Below are positions 50,545 to 61,204 of a stretch of 64,000 nt of DNA, one piece after another; positions within the stretch are counted from its first letter, which is position 1, and every line of letters starts with the position of its first letter. The notes under the pieces were generated by a model. That model worked only from the letters and a program-made list of their open reading frames with translations, was not told the DNA's origin and ran no database searches. Origin of the DNA: Candidatus Kapaibacterium sp. (GTDB lineage: Bacteria; Bacteroidota; Ignavibacteria; Kapaibacteriales; UBA2268); NCBI GenBank assembly GCA_963665665.1, contig OY762428.1:3648001-3712000 (forward strand), in the 5' to 3' direction. The position numbers and the translations under genes are program-made.

Positions 50545-51696
50545 CTACCTCGTTTTAAGTTGCAGTATCGAGAGGAAAAATGAGAAATAAATAACCTGGA
50601 AACCCAGTATCAGCAATGTTATTGCAGGTATTACCAGCCGCATGGTATTCTGAATGCCAAGTTCGGGGAACCTGCCCTCCGAGGCAAATATAAGCAGGTA
50701 AATTGAAACTCCAAGGCCGGTTAATATCATCAGCGACCCGGCAATAAGCCCCTTTTCCAATGTAAGGAATTTTATCAGCCGCTGCAGCGTAGGGTGTGCC
50801 GGCATCAATTGTTCGTGCAGTGCGAATATCCTGGTAAGTAGCGCAAAGGATACCGATTGAAAACCAATCGATACAGCTGCCGATGCATAAAGCATGGTAT
50901 GCACATCCAGCGACATCTTTGTTCCCGGAAGCAACCACAGGCCAATCACCAAACCTAACAATATCAGCGTTAGCCCGGGGTAGAGAAAAAGCCACTTGGG
51001 TGAGAACATGAACAGGAATCGAAGGTGGCGCCAGCCATCCCTGAAGCTTCTCAGGTGGGCAGGGCCGGTTCTGCCTGCCGGAGCCATTTTTGTTGGTACT
51101 TCCACCATGTTTACCTTGAAAAGCGATGCCTTAACAATCATTTCGCTGGCAAATTCCATTCCCGTGGCACGAAGGTCCAGCCTGTTGAACAGTTCTTTTC
51201 GGAAACCCCGCAGGCCGCAATGGAAATCCTTAACCTTTGAATGGAAGAAAATCCTGCCAATTCCGGATAATATAGGGTTGCCGATATACCTGTGGGCAAA
51301 GGACATTGCCCCCGGCTCGATGCCGCCCCGGAAACGGTTGCCAACAACAAGTTCGTATCCCTCTTCAAGTTTTTCCACGAATTCATCAAGGTTTTCCAGG
51401 TCATGGCTGTCGTCGGAATCGCCCATAATCACATATTTGCTTTCAGCAGCGCTGATACCGCCAATCAGTGCGGATCCGTATCCCTTTTCAGGTACGTTGA
51501 CAACACGGGCGCCGTTTGCCCTTGCAATATCGGGCGAGCCGTCCGTGGAACCGTTATCGGCCACGATAACCTCGCCGTTTATATTTTTTCTTTTCAGGAA
51601 TCCGACTGCCTTGCGAACGCATAATCCAACAGTCTCGGATTCGTTCAGGCAGGGCATAACAATAGTCAGATCGTATTTATATTTGGAATCGTCCAA
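50545..51696 (-). CDS. GT2 glycosyltransferase (polyprenol-phosphate mannose synthase-like) with C-terminal TM helices
   Basis: IVMPCLNE, ADNGSTDGS, GYGSAL, MGDSD, DFHCGLRGF, GMEFASEM, RDGWRHL. Confidence 0.92.
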   Translation of the reverse strand: MDDSKYKYDLTIVMPCLNESETVGLCVRKAVGFLKRKNINGEVIVADNGSTDGSPDIARANGARVVNVPEKGYGSALIGGISAAESKYVIMGDSDDSHDLENLDEFVEKLEEGYELVVGNRFRGGIEPGAMSFAHRYIGNPILSGIGRIFFHSKVKDFHCGLRGFRKELFNRLDLRATGMEFASEMIVKASLFKVNMVEVPTKMAPAGRTGPAHLRSFRDGWRHLRFLFMFSPKWLFLYPGLTLILLGLVIGLWLLPGTKMSLDVHTMLYASAAVSIGFQSVSFALLTRIFALHEQLMPAHPTLQRLIKFLTLEKGLIAGSLMILTGLGVSIYLLIFASEGRFPELGIQNTMRLVIPAITLLILGFQVIYFSFFLSILQLKTR

Positions 51697-52087
51697 GTTT
51701 CCCCGGTGTTTTAGTTAGCACAAACTAAGTATTTCAAATTTACAAAAAAGTATGAAAGAAACAACCCGGCTTATAAAATTTATCAAAGCCAACAAAAATA
51801 TATTGATAAAACGCGGCAGTTATATTTTACGTGTATCGAATGCCGGCTAAATCCCCACCCGCTTTCAGCGCTGACAGGTTCAGAATTGAAAGTTGTGGTT
51901 TGTTGGAGCTATCCCCTGCTGCCTGTAATGGCACGAAGGCATGGGGGAATTATTCTTTTTCTCCAATAAAAACTTTCCTGCGTCTTTTTGCCTTTTCATG
52001 TGTTCTGATAATGAAAAGGAATTGTGGTTTATGGTTAATTAAAACATTTATTCAACACCTTTAACAATAATTAAATAGGAAAATATC

Positions 52088-53332
52088 ATGAAAAAGATAA
52101 TTTTAAATATCATTTTGTTTATTATTATATCCAGCAATCTAATTGCAGCAGATGAATGGGTTGCTATTGACAAGAATAATTCAGGCCTGAAAAGCGACTA
52201 TATAGATATAATTGGAATTAGAAATAATAAAAAGTATTTTATATCTAATGAAGCTTTGTACATATATGATGGAAAAACCTGGGATATAAAATTGAATATT
52301 GAGAACAATGATTATTATTTTCGTACAGGCGGTGTTCACGGATTTGCTGAAGATAGCCAAAATAATATTTGGTTTGCAAATAGGTATCTCGGCCTGGCAA
52401 AATACGATGGTTCTGAATGGAAATTAATAATCCTGCATGACGACAAATCAATGAGAAGTATTAATGATGTTGTTTTCCATAATGGGATTTTATGGGCTTC
52501 ATCCGATACACTCGGAATTTATCGCTTTGACGGTAATGAATGGCAGAACTTTAATCCTGATAATTCAGAAATTCTTTATAATTATATATATAAATTAGCC
52601 GTTGATTCAAGCGGAAATGTTTGGGCTTCATGTAATTCAGCGATTATAAAATATGACGGTTCAAATGTTACTAATTATAATCCGGAAAATTCTCCTATTC
52701 CTAAAGAATATGCCAGAGATATTGCTTTTGATTCGGATAATAATCTGTGGGCCACATATTCAAACGGACTTTACAAATATGCCGGTGAGAACTGGACGGT
52801 ATATAATCTTGAAAATTCCGAAATTCCGGTTCAGGACCTGGGAATTATTGCTATTGAAAACAACATACTTTGGATTTGTAGTCGAAATGCACAGGGTATG
52901 TTAAAATTCGACGGAACAAATTTCGAACAGTTTAAAATGGACAATTCAGGATTACTTTCGAATGCTCCGAGGGATATTTCAATAGATACAAACGGCAACA
53001 AATGGATTGCTACAATTGCCGGAGTTTCGGTTTACCGCGAGGGCGGGGTAATACTCGGCGTGGAAGAGGGCGGCAGCCCGGCTGGCAAAACAGCCCCCAA
53101 CCCGGCGGAGCAAACCGTTAATATTGAATATACCCTTGCCGCGCCCGGAAATGTAAGCATTGAAGTTTATACTTCCGCAGGCAGCCCGGCAGGCAGCTAT
53201 AAGGCAGGCTGGCAGGAAGAAGGCGGTAATAATTACATAATTCCTCTTTCAAATTTCCCGTCCGGCTCTTATTATTATAAGGTTCGTTGCGGCAAGCAGG
53301 TTGTGAACGGCAGCTTTATAGTAAGAAAGTAG
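52088..53332 (+). CDS. Two-component-regulator-type beta-propeller T9SS cargo protein
   Basis: Repeats of (F/Y)DG..W..(Y/F)N..NS, AxDSxxNxW. CTD APNPAEQTVNIEYTL...SGSYYYKV...FIVRK. Confidence 0.85.
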   Translation: MKKIILNIILFIIISSNLIAADEWVAIDKNNSGLKSDYIDIIGIRNNKKYFISNEALYIYDGKTWDIKLNIENNDYYFRTGGVHGFAEDSQNNIWFANRYLGLAKYDGSEWKLIILHDDKSMRSINDVVFHNGILWASSDTLGIYRFDGNEWQNFNPDNSEILYNYIYKLAVDSSGNVWASCNSAIIKYDGSNVTNYNPENSPIPKEYARDIAFDSDNNLWATYSNGLYKYAGENWTVYNLENSEIPVQDLGIIAIENNILWICSRNAQGMLKFDGTNFEQFKMDNSGLLSNAPRDISIDTNGNKWIATIAGVSVYREGGVILGVEEGGSPAGKTAPNPAEQTVNIEYTLAAPGNVSIEVYTSAGSPAGSYKAGWQEEGGNNYIIPLSNFPSGSYYYKVRCGKQVVNGSFIVRK

Positions 53333-53341
53333 ATTTTAAAC

Positions 53342-54063
53342 AACCTCCCCTTTAATCCCCTCCTATCGTAGGAGGGGAATTATATCTATGATAATTAGGA
53401 ATGATTTATTGCCCACCGCCAGCGGGGGAGAGTGATGTTGTCATTCTGACGGAGCGAAGCGACCGAAGAATCCATCTTTGTTTGCAGATAATGAGTGAAG
53501 AATCCACCCCGCCCTTCGGGCACCCCTCAAGAGGTACTGTGTTAAATTGCAAGTTTTTTTTTATAAAATCAGCCATCCAGAAAGCGGCGTAGCCGCGACA
53601 TTTTTGTAGTAAGGAAAACCTTTGATATTCAAAGCCCCGTCGGGGCGACATAGACAAGTATCGGTGTCGCTCCTACGGAGCTTTTAGAAATAATGACTGA
53701 CACAATATCTACAAAAATTCCGCTCCTACGGAGCTAAAAACAGATATACAATACTTTCGTCGATGGACTCCCTGCTATAAGGAACACAGGAATGTTTTAA
53801 ACTCGCATCTAAGCCCCTGCTTAGATGTGTAGTATTAATTTTTTACCCAGTGGTATTTGCCTTCCCAAGCGGGGCTTGGGAAGGAGTAGAAAGTAGGAAA
53901 ATTTCAATAGCCACGTGCTTTAGCTTGTGGATAAAGATGCAAGGTACAGAAGCAAAGAAAGAAAACCTCCCCTGTATTCCCCTCCTCCCCGAGGAGGGGA
54001 TAAGAAGTTAAATATCATATAATTAACTCCTCCTCCTTCCTAAGGAGGGGGCCGGGGGGAGGT
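53342..54063. repeat. Cluster of diverse REP/MITE-like palindromic elements
   Basis: CCCCTCCT..AGGAGGGG-type hairpins (53342, 53964, inverted at about 54027-54063), GTCATTCTGACGGAGCGAAGCGAC, GCCCTTCGGGC, GCGGCGTAGCCGC, GCCCCGTCGGGGC, GCTCCTACGGAGC twice, TTCCCAAGCGGGGCTTGGGAA. Confidence 0.75.
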
Positions 54064-54350
54064 AGAAGAGTTTTTTTATATTTTTTATAATTCCCTTACA
54101 ATAAAAACAAAAGTTAATTCCCTGGAAAGTAACGGGATAAGAGTTGGAAAGAGAAGAATTGCTATAATAAATCGCGGAACAGGCCAGGAAAACACAATAA
54201 ATACAGGTTAGAATTCTTACCCCGGAAAAATTAACAGCTGTTTTACTTCCTAAGAAGCAGGCCATGATATTTGAGGGTCATCCGGCTTATTTTCTATTTC
54301 CGTCCTTAATCTGCGAAAGAAAGGAATGGAACAATAAAGTATTTCACGAA

Positions 54351-54623
54351 CCCGTTCCGCCTTTAGACAAGACCGTTCCGTCCTTAGACAAGACTGTTCC
54401 GCCTTTAGACAAACCCGTTCCGCCCTCAGACAAACCCGTTCCGCCCTCAGACAAACCCGTTCCGGCTTCTCACAGACCCGTTCCGGCTTCTCACGAACCC
54501 GTTCCGGCTTCTCACGAACCCGTTCCGGCTTCTCACAGACCTGTTCCGTCCTCTCACGAACCTGTTCCGGCTTCTCACGAACCTGTTCCGCCTTCTCACG
54601 AACCAGTTCCGGATATTGACAGA
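54351..54623. repeat. Tandem array of 13 x 21-bp imperfect repeats, consensus about CCYGTTCCGSCTTCTCACGAA / CCGTTCCGCCYTYAGACAA
   Basis: Units start every 21 bp from 54351 to 54603. Confidence 0.95.
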
Positions 54624-54794
54624 CACTGTTTTGGACAGATTTTTATTCTTATGCTATATTTCAATTCTTTAGATTGATAAAAAATTGATAACCGGCAATT
54701 AATCAGTATAGGAACATTTGTGTGAAATCATACAAAAAAACTTCCGAAGGCATAAAACCCCTCGGAAGCTGTAATAATTATTTTTTTTTATCTG

Positions 54795-56435
54795 TCAGGT
54801 ATAAAGGAAACGTTTGATCTTCTGGGTGGCTGTTTTCGTAAACGGAGTCGGGTGGGCAATAACGAGCTGCACCCTGGAAAATTTGTTTACCCTTGAATTA
54901 ACATATTCCTGAAGTTCCACCGCCAATTCGTCTATTTTTTGTTCCACGTAGTTGGTAACTTCAGTTTTCATGTGTTCGTAACGATTTTCAAGTTCTTCCA
55001 TGTTGAAATGAACTAAAGCCACGAGTTTTCCCTTTTGTTCTATTACAACAGATTCCACCACGTAGCGGAAATTATTGATCACGGATTCTATTTCCTCGGG
55101 GAAGATATTTTCACCGGAAGCGCCGATTATAACATTTTTCAGCCTTCCTTTTATATACAGGTTTTGTTCTTTATCTAAAATCGCAAGGTCACCGGTTTTC
55201 AGCCAGCCGTCTTCGGTAAGTACATCTTTGGTCAGTTCCGGTTCTTTGTAATAGCCTTTCATAATATTCGGGCCTTTCGCCCAAACTTCACCTTCACCGG
55301 TTTTAGTATTGATATTATGAAGTTTGATTTCAGCTCCTTCTATTGCCGGGCCCGTCGACTGAAGAATTGTATCTTCCGGGGCAAGGCCTGCCAGCAGCGG
55401 CGAGGTTTCAGTAAGCCCGTACCCGATAGCATAGGGGAATTTGGCTTCCCTAAGGAAAACCTCTACCTTTCTGTTCAGTTTTGCTCCGCCGATACCAAAG
55501 AACTTGATCTCGCCGCCAAAAGTTTTCATAAGTTTTTTTCCTGCCACTTTGTTCAGTTTTTTCCTGAAGAAAGGAACTTTATATAGAGCTTTGGTTGCAA
55601 ATTTTTCATTAATTGTTGACAGAATCTTTTTCCGGTATATTTTTTCAATTACCAATGGCACGGAAAGCATAATTGTTGGTTTTACTTTTGCCATGGCCGG
55701 AATTAACACGGACGGCGAGGGCAGTTTCTTTAAATAATATATGCATGCGCCACTAATCAGCGGAAGTATCAGCCCGAGAGTATTTTCGTAAGTGTGAGAA
55801 AGCGGCAATATTGACAGAAACCTGTCCGTGCTTTCCACAGGTTGTACTTTTTTGCCTGCAACTGCGTCGAAAGCAAGATTCTTGTGTGTAAGCATTACTC
55901 CTTTGGAAGTACCTGTAGTACCCGATGTATATATAATTACCGCCAGGTCTTCTTCATCAACAATATAATTTTTTTTAGGTTTTTTGTCCTGCTGATATTC
56001 CACATTTGTTTTTCCTTCTAAAACAGAAAAATCCTCTATGGAAATTCTGCAATCCAGGGTTTTGTTTTTAAAACCTTCAATTTTTGCTTTCAATCCATTA
56101 GAAACAAAGATAGCTTTAGATTCGGAATGGTTAAGGATATTCTCAATTTCTCCGGGGTGGAAATCAGGCAATAACGGAACTGCAATTGCTCCCATACTGA
56201 CAATTGCAAAGTAAGCCGCCCCCCAGTTAGGCATATTCTGGCTTAGTATTGCAACTCTGTCGCCTTTTTTAATTCCCGATTGCTCCAGAAAATGAATAAT
56301 GGAGTCAACGATATTCTCGAAATCAGAAAATTTATAAGGGGTGCCGTCAACGAAGGTCATGAAATCATTATCAGCAAATTCCTTCACGGAATTCCGGAAA
56401 AATGATTGTAACGTAAGTTGGTCAGTTTTTATCAA
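54795..56435 (-). CDS. Long-chain fatty acid-CoA ligase (AMP-binding)
   Basis: IIYTSGTTGTSKGVMLTH, GYGLTETSP, GWLKTGDL, GRLKNVII, GENIFPEEIE. Confidence 0.92.
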   Translation of the reverse strand: MIKTDQLTLQSFFRNSVKEFADNDFMTFVDGTPYKFSDFENIVDSIIHFLEQSGIKKGDRVAILSQNMPNWGAAYFAIVSMGAIAVPLLPDFHPGEIENILNHSESKAIFVSNGLKAKIEGFKNKTLDCRISIEDFSVLEGKTNVEYQQDKKPKKNYIVDEEDLAVIIYTSGTTGTSKGVMLTHKNLAFDAVAGKKVQPVESTDRFLSILPLSHTYENTLGLILPLISGACIYYLKKLPSPSVLIPAMAKVKPTIMLSVPLVIEKIYRKKILSTINEKFATKALYKVPFFRKKLNKVAGKKLMKTFGGEIKFFGIGGAKLNRKVEVFLREAKFPYAIGYGLTETSPLLAGLAPEDTILQSTGPAIEGAEIKLHNINTKTGEGEVWAKGPNIMKGYYKEPELTKDVLTEDGWLKTGDLAILDKEQNLYIKGRLKNVIIGASGENIFPEEIESVINNFRYVVESVVIEQKGKLVALVHFNMEELENRYEHMKTEVTNYVEQKIDELAVELQEYVNSRVNKFSRVQLVIAHPTPFTKTATQKIKRFLYT

Positions 56436-56728
56436 TACAGTTCCTGTAAAAAATTACAAAGATAATAAAATTGCTTTACTTAACATAACAGTTGTTATTC
56501 AAAGCTTACGACGAATTAATAATTTCAAACATTGTATTCATTTAATGTATTTCCTGTCAGGCTTTTACATAAGTAAAAGTAACATATATCTGAATAATTC
56601 ACCTCCCGATATTAATATTCAAAAGCAAACATGGAAATGATTGAGCCAGGCTCATTCTCTTTTTTTTATTGAACTTATTTCTATTATGGTTTTTGCAACA
56701 CATTGATTTTTTTACTTTTATCTTTTTA

Positions 56729-56890
56729 GTCATACTGATGGAGCGAAGCGACTAAAGAAACCATATTCTTTTGCAGATGATGTATAAAGAATCCACTCCG
56801 CCCTTCGGGCACCCCTCAAAGAGAATCTTTCGGAATTCCACCCCCGCCTGCTTGCGCAAACACCCTCAGCTTGCCCTGATTTATCGGGGG
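56729..56890. repeat. Second REP-like composite, similar to 53440-53532
   Basis: GTCATACTGATGGAGCGAAGCGAC...AAGAATCCACTCCGCCCTTCGGGCACCCCTCAA. Confidence 0.75.
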
Positions 56891-57134
56891 CTATCGGGTT
56901 TCTGGTATTGTACATATTTATCTTTATGCTGACTATTTAAGATAAAACTATATGAATATTAACGCTGAAAAGTAAAATATTTCCAGGGATTCCTCGGGTA
57001 GTTCCGGATATTTTCAAAATCTAACATATTATTATCCAAAATGTGATAATGATTATATGTCTATCCTGTAATATTCTTAATCATTGTTCGTAATGACTTA
57101 AAATGAAAATTTAAAACTAAGTTAGAGAATCAAA

Positions 57135-57623
57135 ATGAAACATATAAAATTCTTATCACTGGCAATTATTTCTATGATAGTTCTCATTTCCTGCGGGAAT
57201 GATAGCAGTAAAGATGAAACGCCCGAAACAGTGAATAAACCTGAACTGAAAAAAATGATGCTTCATGAGGCAACTGTTGAAATTGATGTAATGCAATACA
57301 TTTCTGATTGCAAAATAAATCCCGGTAATTCAGCTGAAATGACATTGAAAACTCCGGACGAAGCTGACTTCAATGCTGATGATTTTCTCGGGCCCTGGGC
57401 TGCAGGCTTATTTTATAAAGTTCTAATTCTTGAGAAACTTACAATTCATGCCCAAAGAAACGGGGAAAATATTGTTTTTAGCATATCCAGGCCGGAAATC
57501 GAAGAATTCTGGGGAATTGAGCTTTCAGAAATGAAAGCTGACCAATGGAAAAAATTCCGGGAAAGCGAATTCAAGGATAGTAAATTGGAAGAATATATCA
57601 CTAAATTTTCAAAACCGGAATAA
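57135..57623 (+). CDS. Hypothetical lipoprotein
   Basis: Lipobox LISC followed by GND. Confidence 0.7.
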   Translation: MKHIKFLSLAIISMIVLISCGNDSSKDETPETVNKPELKKMMLHEATVEIDVMQYISDCKINPGNSAEMTLKTPDEADFNADDFLGPWAAGLFYKVLILEKLTIHAQRNGENIVFSISRPEIEEFWGIELSEMKADQWKKFRESEFKDSKLEEYITKFSKPE

Positions 57624-58226
57624 TTATATTTTTATCTCTCCTGAAACAATTTTTTGCAGGGTATCAGTATAAAGCTGGTGCTCTGTTTTTAATACACGGG
57701 CAGCAAGGTCATCAGGTGTATCTTCCGGCAGTACAGGCACATGCGATTGGGCAAGTATCCTGCCATTGTCGTAAACTTCGTCAACAATATGAATTGTAGC
57801 TCCGCTTTCTTTTTCTCCTGCGGCAACAACTGCCTTGTGAACATTCATACCATACATACCCTGTCCGCCATATTTGGGCAGCAGCGCGGGATGAATATTA
57901 AGAATCCTGCCCTGATATTTCTCAAGAATCGGACTACCGATTTTTTTCATGTAGCCTGCAAGAATAACCAAATTAACATTATTACTTTCAAGTGCGGCTA
58001 TCATTGACTTTTCCATTTCAGATTCATCGGGATGAGTTTTCGAACTAATATGATAAAACGGAATACCCTCTTTTTCAGCTCTGTCCGATGCACCGGATTT
58101 TGAATTATTTGAAATAACGCATCCGAGTTCAGCGTCCAGGCTGCCTGCTTTAACAGCGTCAATAATTGCCTGCATGTTTGATCCGCCGTGAGAAGCAAAA
58201 AATCCAAGTATAAGTTTCATCATCAC
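57624..58226 (-). CDS. purN: Phosphoribosylglycinamide formyltransferase
   Basis: FASHGGSNMQAI, LAGYMK, ILNIHPALLPKYGGQGMYG, SGATIH, YDNG. Confidence 0.96.
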   Translation of the reverse strand: MMMKLILGFFASHGGSNMQAIIDAVKAGSLDAELGCVISNNSKSGASDRAEKEGIPFYHISSKTHPDESEMEKSMIAALESNNVNLVILAGYMKKIGSPILEKYQGRILNIHPALLPKYGGQGMYGMNVHKAVVAAGEKESGATIHIVDEVYDNGRILAQSHVPVLPEDTPDDLAARVLKTEHQLYTDTLQKIVSGEIKI

Positions 58227-58609
58227 ATCCTTAATTGAAATATCATTACGGGAGCAAAAATAAGGATTAGTTTTAAATTATCATACAGATTATGAGGATT
58301 TACAATTTTTTTATTTTCGATTATTACCATTTGGATTTCAAAAATTTGCCGGGGAATAATCTTTTAAAAATTATGAACCCTGTTCCGGTTTGTATTTAAA
58401 ATATACCGAAACGAAGAAGGAATTGAAATAGATTTTTTGGAGTGGTTATTCAGTAATTACATTCAAAAATGATCGCCATCAATTCCTATATTGTACGGAA
58501 AATATTTATTATATTGCAGTTTCATAGGTTTAGCTTTATCGGTTCAAACCTTATTTGCTTTTTGATTTATTGTGTAAACATTTAAATACTAATAAATTAC
58601 GGAACAATA

Positions 58610-61177
58610 ATGGCACAAGCGAAAAAGATCACTGCAAAGAGTAATTCTGAAAACAAGAAAAGCCTGATACCCGAAAAGTATCAGAATTGGTTATACTGCG
58701 GGGCAATAATATTATTAATATTTATTTTCTTTGGCGGAGCAATCGGCGGAGGCGGGTTCAACGTTTCTGATAACGTTGCATCAGTCAGCTTCAGGCCCTT
58801 TGTAGCTGAATCGAATGAAACCGGGGATTTTCCTTTATGGATGCCTTACATCTTTAGTGGTATGCCGGGCTATTCAGCCCTGCTCGTTACAGGTGAGCGT
58901 ATCTGGGACGTTGGCCCCATGCTTGCTTTCGAAACAACCGAACTAATGGGTGCCATTTTCAATAATGATACAGTCAGAGTGCTGAGTTATTATATGATTT
59001 TCGGCATAGGTATGTTCTTCCTGATGAGATTCAAAAATCACGAAAGGTTTATATCTTTTATAACTGCCCTGGCAGCTGTATTCTCAACAAGTGTGATAGC
59101 CTGGGTAATGATCGGGCATAATACCAAACCCTTTGTGTTTTCGATGTTCCCGTTTATATTTATTCTACTTGAAAAACTAAGGATAAAATTCTCCTTCATA
59201 TACGCGGCTTTGCTGGTTTTCGCAGTACACGTTATGATGGAGGCAGGCCACCTTCAGATGATATTCTATGGGATATGCGCATTTGGAATATATTTAGTAT
59301 TTGAACTAATTTATCGCGGAATCAAAAAAGATAAACCGATCAATGTTATTCGTTCAGCTGTTATACTGGCAGTAGCCGGCGGACTGGCATTCCTTATGAG
59401 CGCTGACAGGTATTTCTCAACACTGGAATACACCCCTTACTCAACCCGAGGTTCCGCCCCGATAGTTCAATCAGAAAGCAACAAACAGGATCAATCGGGT
59501 GGAAATGATTATGATTACGCAACCATGTGGTCGTTCAATCCTGCCGAAATGCTTACATTTTTTGTACCTGAGTATTACGGTTTTGGTAAAATGGATTACT
59601 CCGGGCCGGCTACCGGGAACAAAGATGTAAAGATATATTCTTACTGGGGTACTAAACCTATTGAAGACGCTCCGCCTTACATGGGAATTATTATTTTCAT
59701 CTTTGCCATTATTGGCATAATAATCTTCAGGCGTGATCCGTTTGTTCTATCACTTGCTACCGTTTCTGTTTTCGCATTGCTTTTATCATTCGGACACCAC
59801 ATGTCTCTGTTGTATGACATCTTCTATAATCTTGTACCCGGATTCAATAAATTCAGGGCGCCGAGCATGGTTCTGGCATTAATGCAGTTCTCATTCCCGA
59901 TTCTTGCAGGTTACGGCCTGACAGGACTTGTTAAAATGAGCAGGGAAGGTAATCCGGATATTCAGAAATGGCTGAAAATTTTATTTATTGTTGTTGGCGC
60001 TTTCCTTGGGCTTGCAATTATATTCAATCTTGGAATGAAAGGTGCTTATCTTGATGCCGTGGCAGCAACAAGCACCGGCCAAAGGCTTCCTGCCGAAATA
60101 CATAATTTCATCTGGAAAACAATGATTAACGGCTGGTATATAACAGCTATTCTGGCTGTTGCAGCAGTTGGTGCACTGTGGTTATTCGTGAAGAAAAAAA
60201 TTAATTCAACTATTTTCTTTGCTGCTATTGCGCTTTTTGTTATCATTGATCTGTGGCGCGTTGGATCTAATCCAATGGAAATATCAGATAATAAAATTGA
60301 ACAGGAAATATTTAAACGCACGGATGTAATAGATTTTCTCAAAAATGATAATTCAATATATCGAGTTGCTGATTTTGCATCAGCTTCACCAAATATGCCA
60401 GCTTATTATTTCCTTGAAAATGTAAATGGTTATCATTCTGCAAAACTCAGGGTTTATCAGGATCTGATGGATGTTGCCAATATTATCGAAGAAGGCTCGA
60501 CATCCAATATCAGGAATCCACTTCTTTGGGATATTCTTAATGTTAAATATATTATTACTGACCAGAACCTTTCCTATAACGGCCAGTTTATGATGCAGCA
60601 GGGCCCCGACGGTAAGCCGGCACTGAGCAGACGTTACCAGGTTGCACATGCATCTCAGCAGACGGGCAGCTATGTATTCCAAAACAATAGCGTACTGCCG
60701 AGGGCATTTTTCGTTAAAAGCGTTGAGAAAGCAGAACCTATGCAGATTCTCAGGCATCTCAAGAATAATGATTTCGACCCCCTGGAAAAAGCGTTTATTG
60801 AAAAAGACCTGCCGGTTAGTATAGATGTTCCAATGGAAGGCGTTAATGCCAAAATCGTGGAGAAAAAACCTAAATACATGAAGATAGAAGCCGAAGCAAG
60901 CGGGAACAACCTGCTGCTGATCAGCGAAATTTATTATCCTGCAGGCTGGAAAGCCCTTATTGACGGAAAAGAAACGGAAATACATAAAACAAATTTTGCT
61001 TTCAGGTCGGTTATTGTTCCGGCTGGAAAGCATACAGTCGAGCTGAAGTTCGAATCGGAGAAATTTGAATCCGGCAAGACATACAGCATCATGGCAAATG
61101 CAATTACCATTCTTTGCCTTGCTGTCGGGATTTTTCTTAATTACAGGAACAGGAACCAGTCCCGGAAAGAAGATTAA
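58610..61177 (+). CDS. YfhO-family polytopic membrane protein (GT-C-like)
   Basis: PLWMPYIFSGMP, many TM helices, GFNKFRAP, GYHSAKL, LPRAFFV, SEIYYPAGWKALIDG. Confidence 0.88.
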   Translation: MAQAKKITAKSNSENKKSLIPEKYQNWLYCGAIILLIFIFFGGAIGGGGFNVSDNVASVSFRPFVAESNETGDFPLWMPYIFSGMPGYSALLVTGERIWDVGPMLAFETTELMGAIFNNDTVRVLSYYMIFGIGMFFLMRFKNHERFISFITALAAVFSTSVIAWVMIGHNTKPFVFSMFPFIFILLEKLRIKFSFIYAALLVFAVHVMMEAGHLQMIFYGICAFGIYLVFELIYRGIKKDKPINVIRSAVILAVAGGLAFLMSADRYFSTLEYTPYSTRGSAPIVQSESNKQDQSGGNDYDYATMWSFNPAEMLTFFVPEYYGFGKMDYSGPATGNKDVKIYSYWGTKPIEDAPPYMGIIIFIFAIIGIIIFRRDPFVLSLATVSVFALLLSFGHHMSLLYDIFYNLVPGFNKFRAPSMVLALMQFSFPILAGYGLTGLVKMSREGNPDIQKWLKILFIVVGAFLGLAIIFNLGMKGAYLDAVAATSTGQRLPAEIHNFIWKTMINGWYITAILAVAAVGALWLFVKKKINSTIFFAAIALFVIIDLWRVGSNPMEISDNKIEQEIFKRTDVIDFLKNDNSIYRVADFASASPNMPAYYFLENVNGYHSAKLRVYQDLMDVANIIEEGSTSNIRNPLLWDILNVKYIITDQNLSYNGQFMMQQGPDGKPALSRRYQVAHASQQTGSYVFQNNSVLPRAFFVKSVEKAEPMQILRHLKNNDFDPLEKAFIEKDLPVSIDVPMEGVNAKIVEKKPKYMKIEAEASGNNLLLISEIYYPAGWKALIDGKETEIHKTNFAFRSVIVPAGKHTVELKFESEKFESGKTYSIMANAITILCLAVGIFLNYRNRNQSRKED

Positions 61178-61204
61178 TTATTTTTTTGAAACACAGGAGT
61201 TATC

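Noticed and set aside
51929-51943. Sigma54 promoter TGGCACGAAGGCATG
   Set aside because: No -12 element at the correct spacing. The sequence is part of a hairpin.
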